A DNA stretch of 32,000 nucleotides from Mucisphaera calidilacus (GCF_007748075.1 NZ_CP036280.1:3390001-3422000), one strand, 5' to 3'; counted from the first letter of the stretch, positions 1-9,667 are shown. Translations and numbers: made by a program. The notes: generated by a model from the sequence alone, not told the origin.

Positions 1-2400
1 GACCTCTCCGGAGCACGGTCCGTCGCCGACGTCGCCGCCACCCTGGCCGCCGATTCCTCCGGCAGGCTCTCCGTCACCATCACCACCGACGGCAGGCTGC
101 TCGTCACCGACGGCTCCAGCGGAGGCGGAACCTTCGCCATCGCCGACAACAATATCTTCAGCACCATCGCCCGGGACCTCGGCATCGACCAGACCGACGA
201 CGGCAGCGACAACGACGGCGTCGCCAACAAGCAGATCCTTGGCAACCGCCTGATCGCCTCGCAGGCGACCCTGCCCGCGGCACTCGGCGCCGGCCAGACC
301 CTCCGGCTCAACCTCCAGAGCGGGGCCACCGTCGACGTCGACCTGTCCAACGCCAACACCTTTGGCGAGATCATCCACAAGATCAACATCGACGCCGCCG
401 GCCTCGTCTCAGCACGGCTCGCTTCCGACGCGCGGCTCGTGATCACCGACCTCACCGCCGGCGGCAACGTCTTCTCCATCGCCGATCAGGCCGGCACGCC
501 CGCCACGACCCTCGGCATCGCCGCGACCGACGGCGGCGCAGGCGACCAGGACGGCGAACTCGCCGCCGACGGAACCATCAAGGGCACCAGCCTCTACGGC
601 GACAACGCGGCGGCCGTCAACCTCTTCGACCTCGGTATCAGCTTCGTGGCCGGTGACGCCTTCACCATCACCACCGCCGACAACGTCACCACCGTCATCA
701 ACGTCGCGGCCGCCACCACCCTCGACGACCTCATCACCGCCATCGAGACCGCCCCCAACGTCTCGGTCACCGTCGGACTCGACGGCGGGCTCAACGTCGA
801 AGACACCTCCGGCGGTGCGACCGTACCCTTCCGCATCTACACCGACGCCGGACAGAGCAGCAACGCCCTCGAACAAATCGGCCTCGAAGCCTCCGACGGC
901 GGCGCGGGCGATCTCGACGGCTCCTCCGACAACACCATCACCGGAACCAGCATCGTCACCGCCGCCACACGCATGTCGCTCCTGGGCATCGCCGCCACCG
1001 GCGCCGAAGAACTCGTCCTCACCCTCCACGACGGCTCCACCCGTGTCGTCGACCTCACCGACACCACGACCATCGGCGAGGTCATCGAGGCGATCCAGAC
1101 CCAGACCGCCAACGACGTCACCGTCGTCATCGACCAGGCCGGGCGACTCCTGCTCACCGACACCACCGCCGACGCCGGCGGCGCCTTCACCATCAACAAC
1201 CTCGCCGGCACGCCCGCGACCGACCTGGGCATCCTCACGACGCAGGCCACCCGGCTCGCCGACGCCCTCGGCATCGCCGGCACCGACGGCACCGACGCGG
1301 ACGGCGCCGCCAACGGCACGCTCCTCGGTCCCGCCATCCTCACCGACGCGTTCACACTCGACGCCCTCGGCATCAACCCCGCCAACGGCGCGATCGACGT
1401 CACCCTTCAGGACGGCACCACCGTCACCATTGACCTCGCCGCCGCGACCTCCATCGAGGACGTCAGCGACGCCATCGCCGCCGCGACCTCAGGCAACCTC
1501 ACGCTCCTCGTCACCACCGAGGGACGCCTCCAACTCACCGACGCCACCGCGGGCGGCTCCACACTCACCATCGCCGACAACGGCAGCTCGACCATCGCCG
1601 CCGACCTGGGCATCGCCGCCACCGACGGCGGGCCGGGCGACGACGACGCCATCGCCAACGGCGTGATTGTGGGCGACAACATCCTCGCCGACGCACTCAC
1701 CCTCCAGGCCCTCGGCCTCGAGGCCAACGGCGCGGGCGTCAACGTCACCCTGCAGGACGCCACCGCCGCCAACGTCGATCTCAGTGCCGCCGCGTCCGTC
1801 GACGACGTCGCTACCGCTCTCGCGGCCGGCACCGCCGGCAACCTCAGCCTCGTCATCACGCCCGATGGCCGACTCCAGCTCACCGACGCCACCGCAGGCG
1901 GGTCCACCCTCCGTGTCTCCGACGACGCGGTCCTCGGCAACAACCTCGTCACCAAGCTCGTCGCCGAGGACGCACTCTCCACCGTCGACGGCACCACCAT
2001 CGACACGGGCATCGACCTCCGCATCTCCCTCAGCGACGAGGGTGACGCCCTCAACATCAACCTCGTGGGCGCCGAAACCCTCCAGGACGTCGCCGACCTC
2101 ATCAACCAGCAGGCCGTCCGCTACGAGATCGACGCCGACGGAACCCGCACCATCACCGAGTCGGGCCTCGTCACCGCCTCCATCAACGACAACGGCCAGC
2201 TCGTCATCACCGACAACACCACCGGCATCGGGACACTCACCGTCTTCCGGGCCGACTCCAACGCCGCGATCGACCTCGGCCTCGTCGAGGACGTCAGCAC
2301 GCAGGACGGCAGCGCGACCGACAGCGACGGAACCGTCAACAAGACCATCGTCGCCAGCCAGGTGCCCGGCGCCGCGTCGGCCGACACACGCCTCGACGCC
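1..2400 (+). repeat. Coding tandem array of at least 7 modules of 112-127 aa (336-381 nt period) inside the giant gene
   Basis: The core motif G-R-L-x-L-T-D (or a variant) recurs at nt 91, 430, ~790 (degenerate GGLNVEDTSGG), 1141, 1522, 1867 and 2194. Flanking positions are also conserved (xLxDGxxxxVDL..T[IL]xD[VL]xxAI.., ..AxDLGIxxTDGxxxDxDG). More degenerate copies occur at ~3050-3790. Confidence 0.8.
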
Positions 2401-5400
2401 CTGCGCAGCCAGATCCTCGCCCTCGACTTCGAAGACGCAGGCGGCGACCTCTACGCCATCCTCCAAGCCCTCGACCTCAACCCCGAGCAGGCCATCGGCC
2501 GACTCTTCACCAGCGTAGACGGTTCCGGGCTGCCCCAGTCCATCAACGTCCTGGCGATGGCCACCAACGACCAGGGACAGATCTACGCCGTCCTCAACAC
2601 CTCCGGTGGCAGAGACACCCTCGTCACCGTCAACACCGCCACCGGCCAGGCCACCACCATCGGCGTGATCGAGAACAGCAACGGCGTCCAGTTCCGCAAC
2701 AACATCACACAACTCACCTTCACGCCCGAAGGCCAACTCCTCGCCGTCGTCAACGACGCGGACGGCGTCGGAACCAACTACTCCGAACTCCAGGGTCCCG
2801 CCCTCGGCATCATCGAACTCACCGACTCCAACGGCAACGGCAACATCACCATCCGCCGGGTCACCACCGACATCGCCGGCAACACCGCCTCGGCCAACCT
2901 CCCGCTCCAGAACATCGACGGAACCCTCGCCAACGACTTCGGCGTCGCCACCGTCGACAACGACACCGCACGCGACAACAGCGCCGTCCTCGGAACCATC
3001 CGGGGCGACGACCTCCGCGGCCCGCTCACCGGCGAGGAAGACATCGTCGCCGACCTCGGCATCACCCTCGCCGCCGGCGACGACATGGTTATCACCCTCG
3101 TCGATTCCACCGCCGGCATCGACCCCGACCCCGCCGCCAACAACGGCTCCTTCGCCATCGACCTCGACACCGTCGCCGCCGACACCAACGGCGACACCAT
3201 CGTCACGCTCAACGAGACGATCGCCTTCATCAACGACTACATCACCGGCTTCCTTCTCGGCGCCAACACCTTCTCTCTCCAGATCGCCGCCGACGGCACC
3301 GGTCTCATCCTCGACGACGGCACCACCCTCAACGACGCCAACGTCGCGCCCGCCGTGCCCCTCACCAGCGCCGTCGACGCGCCCGGTTCCGACCTCGCTT
3401 CGCTGCTGGGCCTCGCCTTCGACGACGGCGCCGCGGGCGTCGACCGCGACGGGGCCGTCAACCAGACCCTCTCCGGACGCGACATCCGACTCGCCGCCGA
3501 CGGCAGCGACCTGCTCACCGACCTCGGCTTCGCCTCCAACCTCAACCGCTACCTCAGCTACACGCTCTCGGACGGCAGCACCGGCAGCATCGACCTCACC
3601 GCCGCCACCGCCGTTCAGGACGTCCTCGATGCCATCAACGCCGTGCCCAACCTCACCGGCGTCATCGACAGCACCACCCAGGACCTCTCGTTCAATGGCG
3701 GCGTGACCTTCTCCGAGCGACTCCACAGCTCGCTCCAGATCGCCGATACCTCCGGCGGCGCCGGGACCTTCGCCATCGGCGCCGGCGACGTCGATGTCAA
3801 CGGCATCGCCGTCGATGACAACGGAACCATCTTCGCCGTCCTTGGCGACAACATCGCCGACAACGACCGACTCGTCACCATCGACCCGCTTAACCTCGCG
3901 GTCACCAACGCCGCGTCCGGCAACGCGCTCATCCAACTCCCGGGCAACGTCGACACCAACATCGAGAACATCGGCTTCGACGACTCCGGCCTGCTCCTCG
4001 CCTACGACAACGTCGCCGGCAGCATCATCAGCATCGACACCACGCTCAACACGCCCGCCGACGCCAGCCTGCTCGACAGCAGCATCGGCCTCAACGCCGG
4101 CGTCTTCTTCGACCGCTCCGGCGGACGCTACGGAACCACCGTCTACGCCTGGAACCTCACCGACGACGACGTCAACGGCGTGCCCGACAACGCCATCCTC
4201 ACCGCGTCGAGCGGCTTCGCCTCCATCTCCGGAACCATCGACCCCGCCACCGGCGTCTTCACTCGATTCCGTGCCATCGACGACGGCACCGCCGACAGCC
4301 TCACGTTCCACCCCGGCCTCTCGCTCCCCGACGTCGACGACCAGGGTCTCTTCGCCGTCAACGCCGCCGGCGAACTGATCCAGCTCGACGAGACCGACGG
4401 AACCCTCAAGGCCAACCTCGGCATCATCACCGACGCGAGCAACGGCAGCCCGGTCAGCCTCGCCGCCGTCGAGTTCGACGAGAACCTCCAGACACTCGTC
4501 GGCCTCGACCAGGCACGCGGCCGACTGGTCACCATCACCCTCGCAGACCTCACCGGCGACGGCGTCCTCGACACCGCCACCGCCACCGAGCTGCTCCGGC
4601 CCGGCTCCCTCAACCCGAGCATCCTCAGCGACCTCGCCTTCGACCCCGTCAACAACACGCTCAACACCGTCATCAACGACGGCCAGATCGTTTCCCTCAA
4701 CGCCTCCGGGCCCGACGGCGTCGACGCCATCCAGGCCGACTCCTTCAGCACCGTCCAGATCAACGGCAGCTTCGAGAACCGGCTCGTCGCCACCGCCAAC
4801 ACCGTCAACCGCGTCACCGCCACCGACGACTTCGCCGGCATCATCGAGACCAACACCGACATCCGCAGCTTCACACTCACCAACGGCAACTTCGACGGCG
4901 TCCTCAACGCCGGTGGTGACATCGGCACCGTCAGCATCCGCCGTGGATCGATGACCTCCGGCTCCATCGAGGCCGGCCAGAGCATCCGCAGCGTCTCCAT
5001 CGCCGGCGACCTCGACGGCGAGATTACCGCCTCCGAGATCGGGTCCGTCACCGTCCGCGGAAACGCCGACACCAACGCCGTCATCAACGCCGGCACCCTA
5101 CGGACCCTCAGCGTCACCGGCGACTTCAACGCCGACCTGACCCTCGACGAGGCCAGCAACCTCCGATTCGGAACCATCGGCAGCAACGCCGACATCACCA
5201 TCGACGGCGACACCCGTGGCATCAACGCCACCCGCGTCCTCACCGGCGCGCAGATCATCGTCAACGGCGAACTCGGCAGCCTCAACGTCAACAACGACTT
5301 CGCCGGCTTCGTCGCCACCACCGCGAGCATCGGCAATGTCAACCTCGGCTCCGCCACCAACGCCCTGCTCCTCGCCGGCACCAACCTCAAGACCGTCAAC

Positions 5401-7671
5401 ATCAAGGACAACCTCGATAACAGCCTGATCTCCGCCGGCGTCTACGTCGGGCCCGACGGCGTCTACAACACCGCCGACGACCAGATCTACGGCGGCGTGC
5501 TCTCACGCATCACCGTCCGAGGCGACGTCATCGAGTCCGCCGTCGTCGCGGGCGTCCTGCCCAGCATCGAGTTCGGACCGGGCATCCCCGACGACCTCTC
5601 CGCCTACACCGGCAACCCCGCCCTCTTCGGCGCCGAACTCGACGAGATCAGCGCCGTCGACTCCGCCGAGGCAGGCGGCGTCCTCGCCAGCGGCATCGAA
5701 CGCGCCTCCTTCGGACGCGTCTTCGGCGCCGGCGCCGGCTCGCAGCAGGCCTCCGCCATCGCGGCCGCCGGAACCATCGACGACCTCCGTGGCGTCGGCA
5801 CCGAACTTATGCTCACCCGCGAGTACACCGACCCCCACAACGCGCCGCGTATCCTCGGGTCCGGATTCAGCGACCTGACCTCCCTCGGCAACGACATCCA
5901 GCTCAACACCACCGCCTTCATCATCTTCAGCGAGGAGGTCCTCACCTCCACCATCGTCCTCGCCCAGGACACCAACAACGACGGCGACCTGCTCGACGTC
6001 GATGACGTCCGCGGATCCATCGCCCTGCTCGATACCTCAGGCGACACCATCCGCTACCTCGACTCGGGCGACGGCATCAAGATCGAGTACGGCCGATTCC
6101 TCAACGAAGACGGCGAGGTCAATACCTACGTCGAATTCGTCAAGGCCGACGGGTACGCCTCCGGGTCCACCACCATCGTCCCCTCAGGCAGCTTCTCCGA
6201 CACCGTCATCCTCGACCGCTCCGGCCTGCGGTCGCTGCTCCGCGACACCAACAACGACGGCGTCAAGGACTTTGGGGAAGACCCCTCCGGCGCAGCGCTC
6301 GACGGCAACAACTCCGGCTCCGAAGGCGGCGGCAACTCCATCATCAACAACATCTCCGCCGACGTCGCAGGCAACTTCCGCAGCGTCGCCACCCTCGGCA
6401 ACCTCAACGAATTCCTCAGCGTCAACAACCCCGCCTTCACCCTCACCAGCCAGCTCGACTCCCTCAACGACGTCGATATCTACACCTTCAACGCCAACAC
6501 GACCGAGTTCATCGGCGTCAACTTCCGACTCGACGACAACGTGCCCTTCGGCGCTCAGGTCGGCCTCTTCTTCCGTGACGACCAGGGCACCTCCAGCACC
6601 GACGACGACACCTTCGAACTCCTGACCAACTGGGAGTACACCACCAACGGCCAGTACGTCCAGGGCATCGAACTCACCGAGACCGGCCAGTACTACATCG
6701 CCGTCAGCGCACTCGTCGCCGATGGCGACTACAGCCTCTCCGTCACACGCGCAACCTCCGACGTCATCCTCCTCGAGAACACCCCCAACCTCCTGCTCAC
6801 CTCCATCGACTACACCAGCAACTTCCTCGGCGCGAACGGCAACCTACTCGGCTTCAACGAGCCCAAGCAGCTCGTCTACCTCAACTTCGATGGCGGCATC
6901 GCCGAGAACTACGACTCGCTCGACGGACGCGACATCACCATCGAGGCCTTCGACGCCAGCCTCCTCGACACCCTACTCACCGGGCTCACCGAGAGCATCA
7001 TCAACAACGTGGTCGACGACATCGTCGAGATCTACAGCAGCCTCCCCGCATCGGCCACCCTCTACGACGGCACGATCAACCCCACCCTCAACGTCCAGCG
7101 GCTCGACGTCGACATCTCCGAATTCCTCAGCGCCGAAACCGGCATCTTCTTCACCACACTCGACCCCGAACTCACCGGACTCAACGTCCCCTACTCCGAA
7201 GTCTTCGTCGGCCAGACCGACATCGGCAGCCCCGGGCTCCTCGGTATCGCGCAGGGCATCGACGGCCTCAACATGGACAAGACCGACCGCGACATCGTCC
7301 TCGCCGAGAACTTCGCGGGTGGCTTCGCAGGCGAGAACACCCTCGAGACGATCGACAACTACACCAACGCCTTCGCCAACGTCATCGCCCACGAACTCGG
7401 ACACATCCTCGGACACAACCACTCGTTCCGTGAGCCTTACGGCTTCCAGAGCTTCGGCAACTTCACACCCGACGACCCCGACAACAACCCCGATACCGTC
7501 AACGACGGCAACTTCAGCACACCGCACCTGATGTCGGCGGGCCCCGCCATGATCTTCCCGGACGACGTGGTCGGCTTCCAGTGGCGATTCAGCACCTCGC
7601 CCGTCTTCACCGGCGAGTTCCCCGTCGGCGATATCGACACCGTCGATATGCTCCTCCGCTCGCTCACCTGA
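1..7671 (+). CDS. Giant acidic repeat-rich secreted/surface protein with C-terminal metzincin-type Zn-metalloprotease domain (5' end outside window; at least 2,556 aa)
   Basis: Frame 1 is open from nt 1 to the TGA at 7669. The track ORF starts at an internal GTG (439), but nt 1-438 translate to the same repeat type (..GRLLVTDGSSGGGTFAIADN..), so the gene continues upstream of the window. Domains read from the translation: ~115-aa tandem modules, propeller-like blades, ~20-aa beta-helix-like repeats, two DTNNDG loops, a PPC-like domain and HELGHILGHNH. A strong terminator follows the stop. Confidence 0.9.
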   Translation, partial: DLSGARSVADVAATLAADSSGRLSVTITTDGRLLVTDGSSGGGTFAIADNNIFSTIARDLGIDQTDDGSDNDGVANKQILGNRLIASQATLPAALGAGQTLRLNLQSGATVDVDLSNANTFGEIIHKINIDAAGLVSARLASDARLVITDLTAGGNVFSIADQAGTPATTLGIAATDGGAGDQDGELAADGTIKGTSLYGDNAAAVNLFDLGISFVAGDAFTITTADNVTTVINVAAATTLDDLITAIETAPNVSVTVGLDGGLNVEDTSGGATVPFRIYTDAGQSSNALEQIGLEASDGGAGDLDGSSDNTITGTSIVTAATRMSLLGIAATGAEELVLTLHDGSTRVVDLTDTTTIGEVIEAIQTQTANDVTVVIDQAGRLLLTDTTADAGGAFTINNLAGTPATDLGILTTQATRLADALGIAGTDGTDADGAANGTLLGPAILTDAFTLDALGINPANGAIDVTLQDGTTVTIDLAAATSIEDVSDAIAAATSGNLTLLVTTEGRLQLTDATAGGSTLTIADNGSSTIAADLGIAATDGGPGDDDAIANGVIVGDNILADALTLQALGLEANGAGVNVTLQDATAANVDLSAAASVDDVATALAAGTAGNLSLVITPDGRLQLTDATAGGSTLRVSDDAVLGNNLVTKLVAEDALSTVDGTTIDTGIDLRISLSDEGDALNINLVGAETLQDVADLINQQAVRYEIDADGTRTITESGLVTASINDNGQLVITDNTTGIGTLTVFRADSNAAIDLGLVEDVSTQDGSATDSDGTVNKTIVASQVPGAASADTRLDALRSQILALDFEDAGGDLYAILQALDLNPEQAIGRLFTSVDGSGLPQSINVLAMATNDQGQIYAVLNTSGGRDTLVTVNTATGQATTIGVIENSNGVQFRNNITQLTFTPEGQLLAVVNDADGVGTNYSELQGPALGIIELTDSNGNGNITIRRVTTDIAGNTASANLPLQNIDGTLANDFGVATVDNDTARDNSAVLGTIRGDDLRGPLTGEEDIVADLGITLAAGDDMVITLVDSTAGIDPDPAANNGSFAIDLDTVAADTNGDTIVTLNETIAFINDYITGFLLGANTFSLQIAADGTGLILDDGTTLNDANVAPAVPLTSAVDAPGSDLASLLGLAFDDGAAGVDRDGAVNQTLSGRDIRLAADGSDLLTDLGFASNLNRYLSYTLSDGSTGSIDLTAATAVQDVLDAINAVPNLTGVIDSTTQDLSFNGGVTFSERLHSSLQIADTSGGAGTFAIGAGDVDVNGIAVDDNGTIFAVLGDNIADNDRLVTIDPLNLAVTNAASGNALIQLPGNVDTNIENIGFDDSGLLLAYDNVAGSIISIDTTLNTPADASLLDSSIGLNAGVFFDRSGGRYGTTVYAWNLTDDDVNGVPDNAILTASSGFASISGTIDPATGVFTRFRAIDDGTADSLTFHPGLSLPDVDDQGLFAVNAAGELIQLDETDGTLKANLGIITDASNGSPVSLAAVEFDENLQTLVGLDQARGRLVTITLADLTGDGVLDTATATELLRPGSLNPSILSDLAFDPVNNTLNTVINDGQIVSLNASGPDGVDAIQADSFSTVQINGSFENRLVATANTVNRVTATDDFAGIIETNTDIRSFTLTNGNFDGVLNAGGDIGTVSIRRGSMTSGSIEAGQSIRSVSIAGDLDGEITASEIGSVTVRGNADTNAVINAGTLRTLSVTGDFNADLTLDEASNLRFGTIGSNADITIDGDTRGINATRVLTGAQIIVNGELGSLNVNNDFAGFVATTASIGNVNLGSATNALLLAGTNLKTVNIKDNLDNSLISAGVYVGPDGVYNTADDQIYGGVLSRITVRGDVIESAVVAGVLPSIEFGPGIPDDLSAYTGNPALFGAELDEISAVDSAEAGGVLASGIERASFGRVFGAGAGSQQASAIAAAGTIDDLRGVGTELMLTREYTDPHNAPRILGSGFSDLTSLGNDIQLNTTAFIIFSEEVLTSTIVLAQDTNNDGDLLDVDDVRGSIALLDTSGDTIRYLDSGDGIKIEYGRFLNEDGEVNTYVEFVKADGYASGSTTIVPSGSFSDTVILDRSGLRSLLRDTNNDGVKDFGEDPSGAALDGNNSGSEGGGNSIINNISADVAGNFRSVATLGNLNEFLSVNNPAFTLTSQLDSLNDVDIYTFNANTTEFIGVNFRLDDNVPFGAQVGLFFRDDQGTSSTDDDTFELLTNWEYTTNGQYVQGIELTETGQYYIAVSALVADGDYSLSVTRATSDVILLENTPNLLLTSIDYTSNFLGANGNLLGFNEPKQLVYLNFDGGIAENYDSLDGRDITIEAFDASLLDTLLTGLTESIINNVVDDIVEIYSSLPASATLYDGTINPTLNVQRLDVDISEFLSAETGIFFTTLDPELTGLNVPYSEVFVGQTDIGSPGLLGIAQGIDGLNMDKTDRDIVLAENFAGGFAGENTLETIDNYTNAFANVIAHELGHILGHNHSFREPYGFQSFGNFTPDDPDNNPDTVNDGNFSTPHLMSAGPAMIFPDDVVGFQWRFSTSPVFTGEFPVGDIDTVDMLLRSLT
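4744..5565 (+). other. Beta-helix-like region of short (~18-22 aa) repeats within the giant protein
   Basis: Translation shows consecutive units such as GDIGTVSIRRGSMTSGSIEA / GQSIRSVSIAGDLDGEITAS / EIGSVTVRGNADTNAVINA / GTLRTLSVTGDFNADLTL / ..IGNVNLGSATNALLLA / GTNLKTVNIKDNLDNSLISA. A regular [IV]xx[IV]x[IV]xGD pattern like this is typical of solenoid folds. Confidence 0.55.
6370..6750 (+). other. PPC-like (bacterial pre-peptidase C-terminal type) beta-sandwich domain within the giant protein
   Basis: Motif pattern SLNDVDIYTFNA..FIGVNF....GQYYIAVSALVADGDYSLSV matches the D-x-D-x-Y-x-F ... G-x-Y-x-[IV]-x-V ... Y-x-L-x-V signature I remember for PPC domains. Confidence 0.55.
7390..7422 (+). 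other. Metzincin zinc-binding motif HEXXHXXGXXH (HELGHILGHNH); catalytic domain roughly 6860-7560
   Basis: Codons cac gaa ctc gga cac atc ctc gga cac aac cac are read directly. The domain begins with QLVYLNFDGG, and a candidate Met-turn (PHLMSAG) lies 37 residues after the third His. Confidence 0.8.
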
Positions 7672-7694
7672 TCCAAGACCACAACCAAACCCCC

Positions 7695-7723
7695 AAACCC
7701 CGGCAGTCACGCCGGGGTTTTTT
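7695..7723 (+). terminator. Rho-independent terminator of the giant gene
   Basis: aaa CCCCGGC agtcac GCCGGGG tttttt: a perfect 7-bp GC stem, a 6-nt loop and a T6 tract, 24 nt after the stop codon. Confidence 0.85.
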
Positions 7724-7804
7724 CATGCCCCCCGAAGCGCCGCCGCATGGAATAATCAAAACCGCACTATGTTGTTCCTCTATCACCTTCCCTTGAGATG
7801 ACCC

Positions 7805-9646
7805 ATGCGCACACTCATCGCCCTTATCCTCCTCACGATTCTCCCGACCTCACTCCTCGCCCAGCCCGCCGACCTCCTCAACGCCACCACCACCTGGCAG
7901 GACGACCACGCCCAGCCGGGCGACCAGCGCGCCCTCGCCATCACCCTCAAGATCGCCGACCACCACCACATCAACCCCGACGCCGCCCAGATCCCCGAAG
8001 ACTCCTTCGCCTTCCCCACCAGCCTCGAAGCCACCACCGATTCCAGCCTCCTCCTCGGCAGCGTCCAGTACCCCCGGCCCGAGATCATCGAGGTTCAGTA
8101 CGCGCCCGAGCCCATCCCCACCTACGGCCACACGACCCGCCTCTACCTCCCCGTCGTCGTCCCCGATGACGCCCAACCCGGCACACAAACCATCCAACTC
8201 ACACTCACCTACCAGGCCTGCGACGACCAGGTCTGCTACCCGCCCACCACCATCAACCTCGAAGCCGCGCTCACCATCCTCCCACGCGACGCCGAACACA
8301 CGCCACAACCCGCCGACCCCGACCTCTTCGCCGACTTCAACCCCGCCAGCTTCGCCACCGTCTACCAGGACAACACCACAACCACCACGCCCGCCACCGG
8401 CCTGCTCCGCAACGACCTCTTCGGCCTCGAGTTCACCATCGACACCGACACGCCGCTCGGCGTCACCCTCGTTCTCGTCGTCGCCCTCGCCGCAGGACTC
8501 CTGCTCAACATCACGCCCTGCGTCCTGCCCGTCATCCCCATCAAGCTGATGTCCCTCCACAAGGCCGCCGGACACCGCAGCCGGGCCCTCTACCTCGGCA
8601 TCATTTTTTCCCTTGGCATCGTCCTCGCCTTCTTCGCCCTCGGACTCCTCGTCGCCGGCCTCGTCTCCGGCCTCGAAGCCCTCGAATGGGGACAGATCTT
8701 CTCCTACACGCCCGTCTCCATCACCCTTGGCATCATCATCGTCGCCATGGCCCTCGGCATGATGGGGCTCTACACCATCCAGCTCCCCAACTCCGTCTAC
8801 GCCCTCAACCCCTCCTCCGACACAGCGCTCGGCAACCTCCTGCTCGGCATCCTCACCGCCGTCCTCTCCACACCCTGCACCGGACCCATGCTCGGCGCCA
8901 CCATCGCCTGGGCCGTCAAGCAACCTCCCGCACTCGCACTCATCACCTTCGTCGCCGTGGGCGTCGGGATGGCCGCCCCCTACCTGCTGCTCGCCGCCTT
9001 CCCCTCACTCGTCGACCGACTCCCACGCTCCGGGCCCGTCAGCGAGATCATCAAGCAAACCATGGGCGGACTCCTCCTCGCCGTCGCCCTCTTCTTCTTC
9101 GGGCCGGTCATCCCCGGCCGAACCGAGTGGTGGCTCATCGCCGCCGTCATCGCGCTGACCATGATCTACCTCCTCATTCGAGCCCTGCCCATCACCCGTT
9201 CATGGACGGCACGCACCGCCACCACCGCCGCCGCCATCCTTGTCGCCGCCGCCGGCTACATCATGGCCGAGACCCTCGCCGGCCAGTCGCCCCTGCCCTG
9301 GCAGACCTTCACCCCCGACGCCTTCCAGCAGGCCCGCAACGACAACAAACACGTCCTGCTCAAGTTCACCGCCGACTGGTGCGGCAACTGCCATTTCCTT
9401 GAAGGCACCCTCTACCGCCAAACCGAGGTCGTCCGCGCCTTCGACAACCCCGACTACGTCGCCTTCAAGGTCGATCTCACCGACGCCAACGCCCCGGGCT
9501 GGCCCCTCCAGAAGCAACTCGGCCAGGGCGGCGGCATCCCCCTCGCCGCCGTCTACCACCCCGGTCAGGAACAACCCGACCGCGTTCTCCAGGGCCTCTA
9601 CACCCTCGAACAGCTCCTCGATATCCTCACGCCACCCGCCCCATAG
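7805..9646 (+). CDS. dsbD: Thiol:disulfide interchange protein DsbD family (N-terminal DsbD-alpha-like domain, CcdA-type membrane core, C-terminal thioredoxin)
   Basis: Signal peptide MRTLIALILLTILPTSLLAQ. N-terminal domain carries YQACDDQVCYPP. Membrane-core Cys motifs are NITPCVLPVIPIK and LSTPCTGPMLG. The C-terminal thioredoxin motif is FTADWCGNCHFLE. Confidence 0.85.
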   Translation: MRTLIALILLTILPTSLLAQPADLLNATTTWQDDHAQPGDQRALAITLKIADHHHINPDAAQIPEDSFAFPTSLEATTDSSLLLGSVQYPRPEIIEVQYAPEPIPTYGHTTRLYLPVVVPDDAQPGTQTIQLTLTYQACDDQVCYPPTTINLEAALTILPRDAEHTPQPADPDLFADFNPASFATVYQDNTTTTTPATGLLRNDLFGLEFTIDTDTPLGVTLVLVVALAAGLLLNITPCVLPVIPIKLMSLHKAAGHRSRALYLGIIFSLGIVLAFFALGLLVAGLVSGLEALEWGQIFSYTPVSITLGIIIVAMALGMMGLYTIQLPNSVYALNPSSDTALGNLLLGILTAVLSTPCTGPMLGATIAWAVKQPPALALITFVAVGVGMAAPYLLLAAFPSLVDRLPRSGPVSEIIKQTMGGLLLAVALFFFGPVIPGRTEWWLIAAVIALTMIYLLIRALPITRSWTARTATTAAAILVAAAGYIMAETLAGQSPLPWQTFTPDAFQQARNDNKHVLLKFTADWCGNCHFLEGTLYRQTEVVRAFDNPDYVAFKVDLTDANAPGWPLQKQLGQGGGIPLAAVYHPGQEQPDRVLQGLYTLEQLLDILTPPAP

Positions 9647-9667
9647 CTCGTTGTCAGCCGATCCGAT

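Noticed and set aside
1-2400. Regular ~350-bp periodicity that could be mistaken for a non-coding repeat array or CRISPR-like structure
   Set aside because: The period is far too long for CRISPR. The copies are only ~80% identical and lie in one continuous open reading frame with conserved amino-acid positions, so these are coding repeats.
1489-4311. 940-aa antisense ORF (and many other 60-420-aa ORFs on both strands) inside the giant gene
   Set aside because: The translations are G/D/V/A/E-rich or P/S/T/R-rich low-complexity strings, as expected from off-frame or antisense reading of an NNC-biased GC-rich gene. They have no motifs and overlap a frame with clear domain content.
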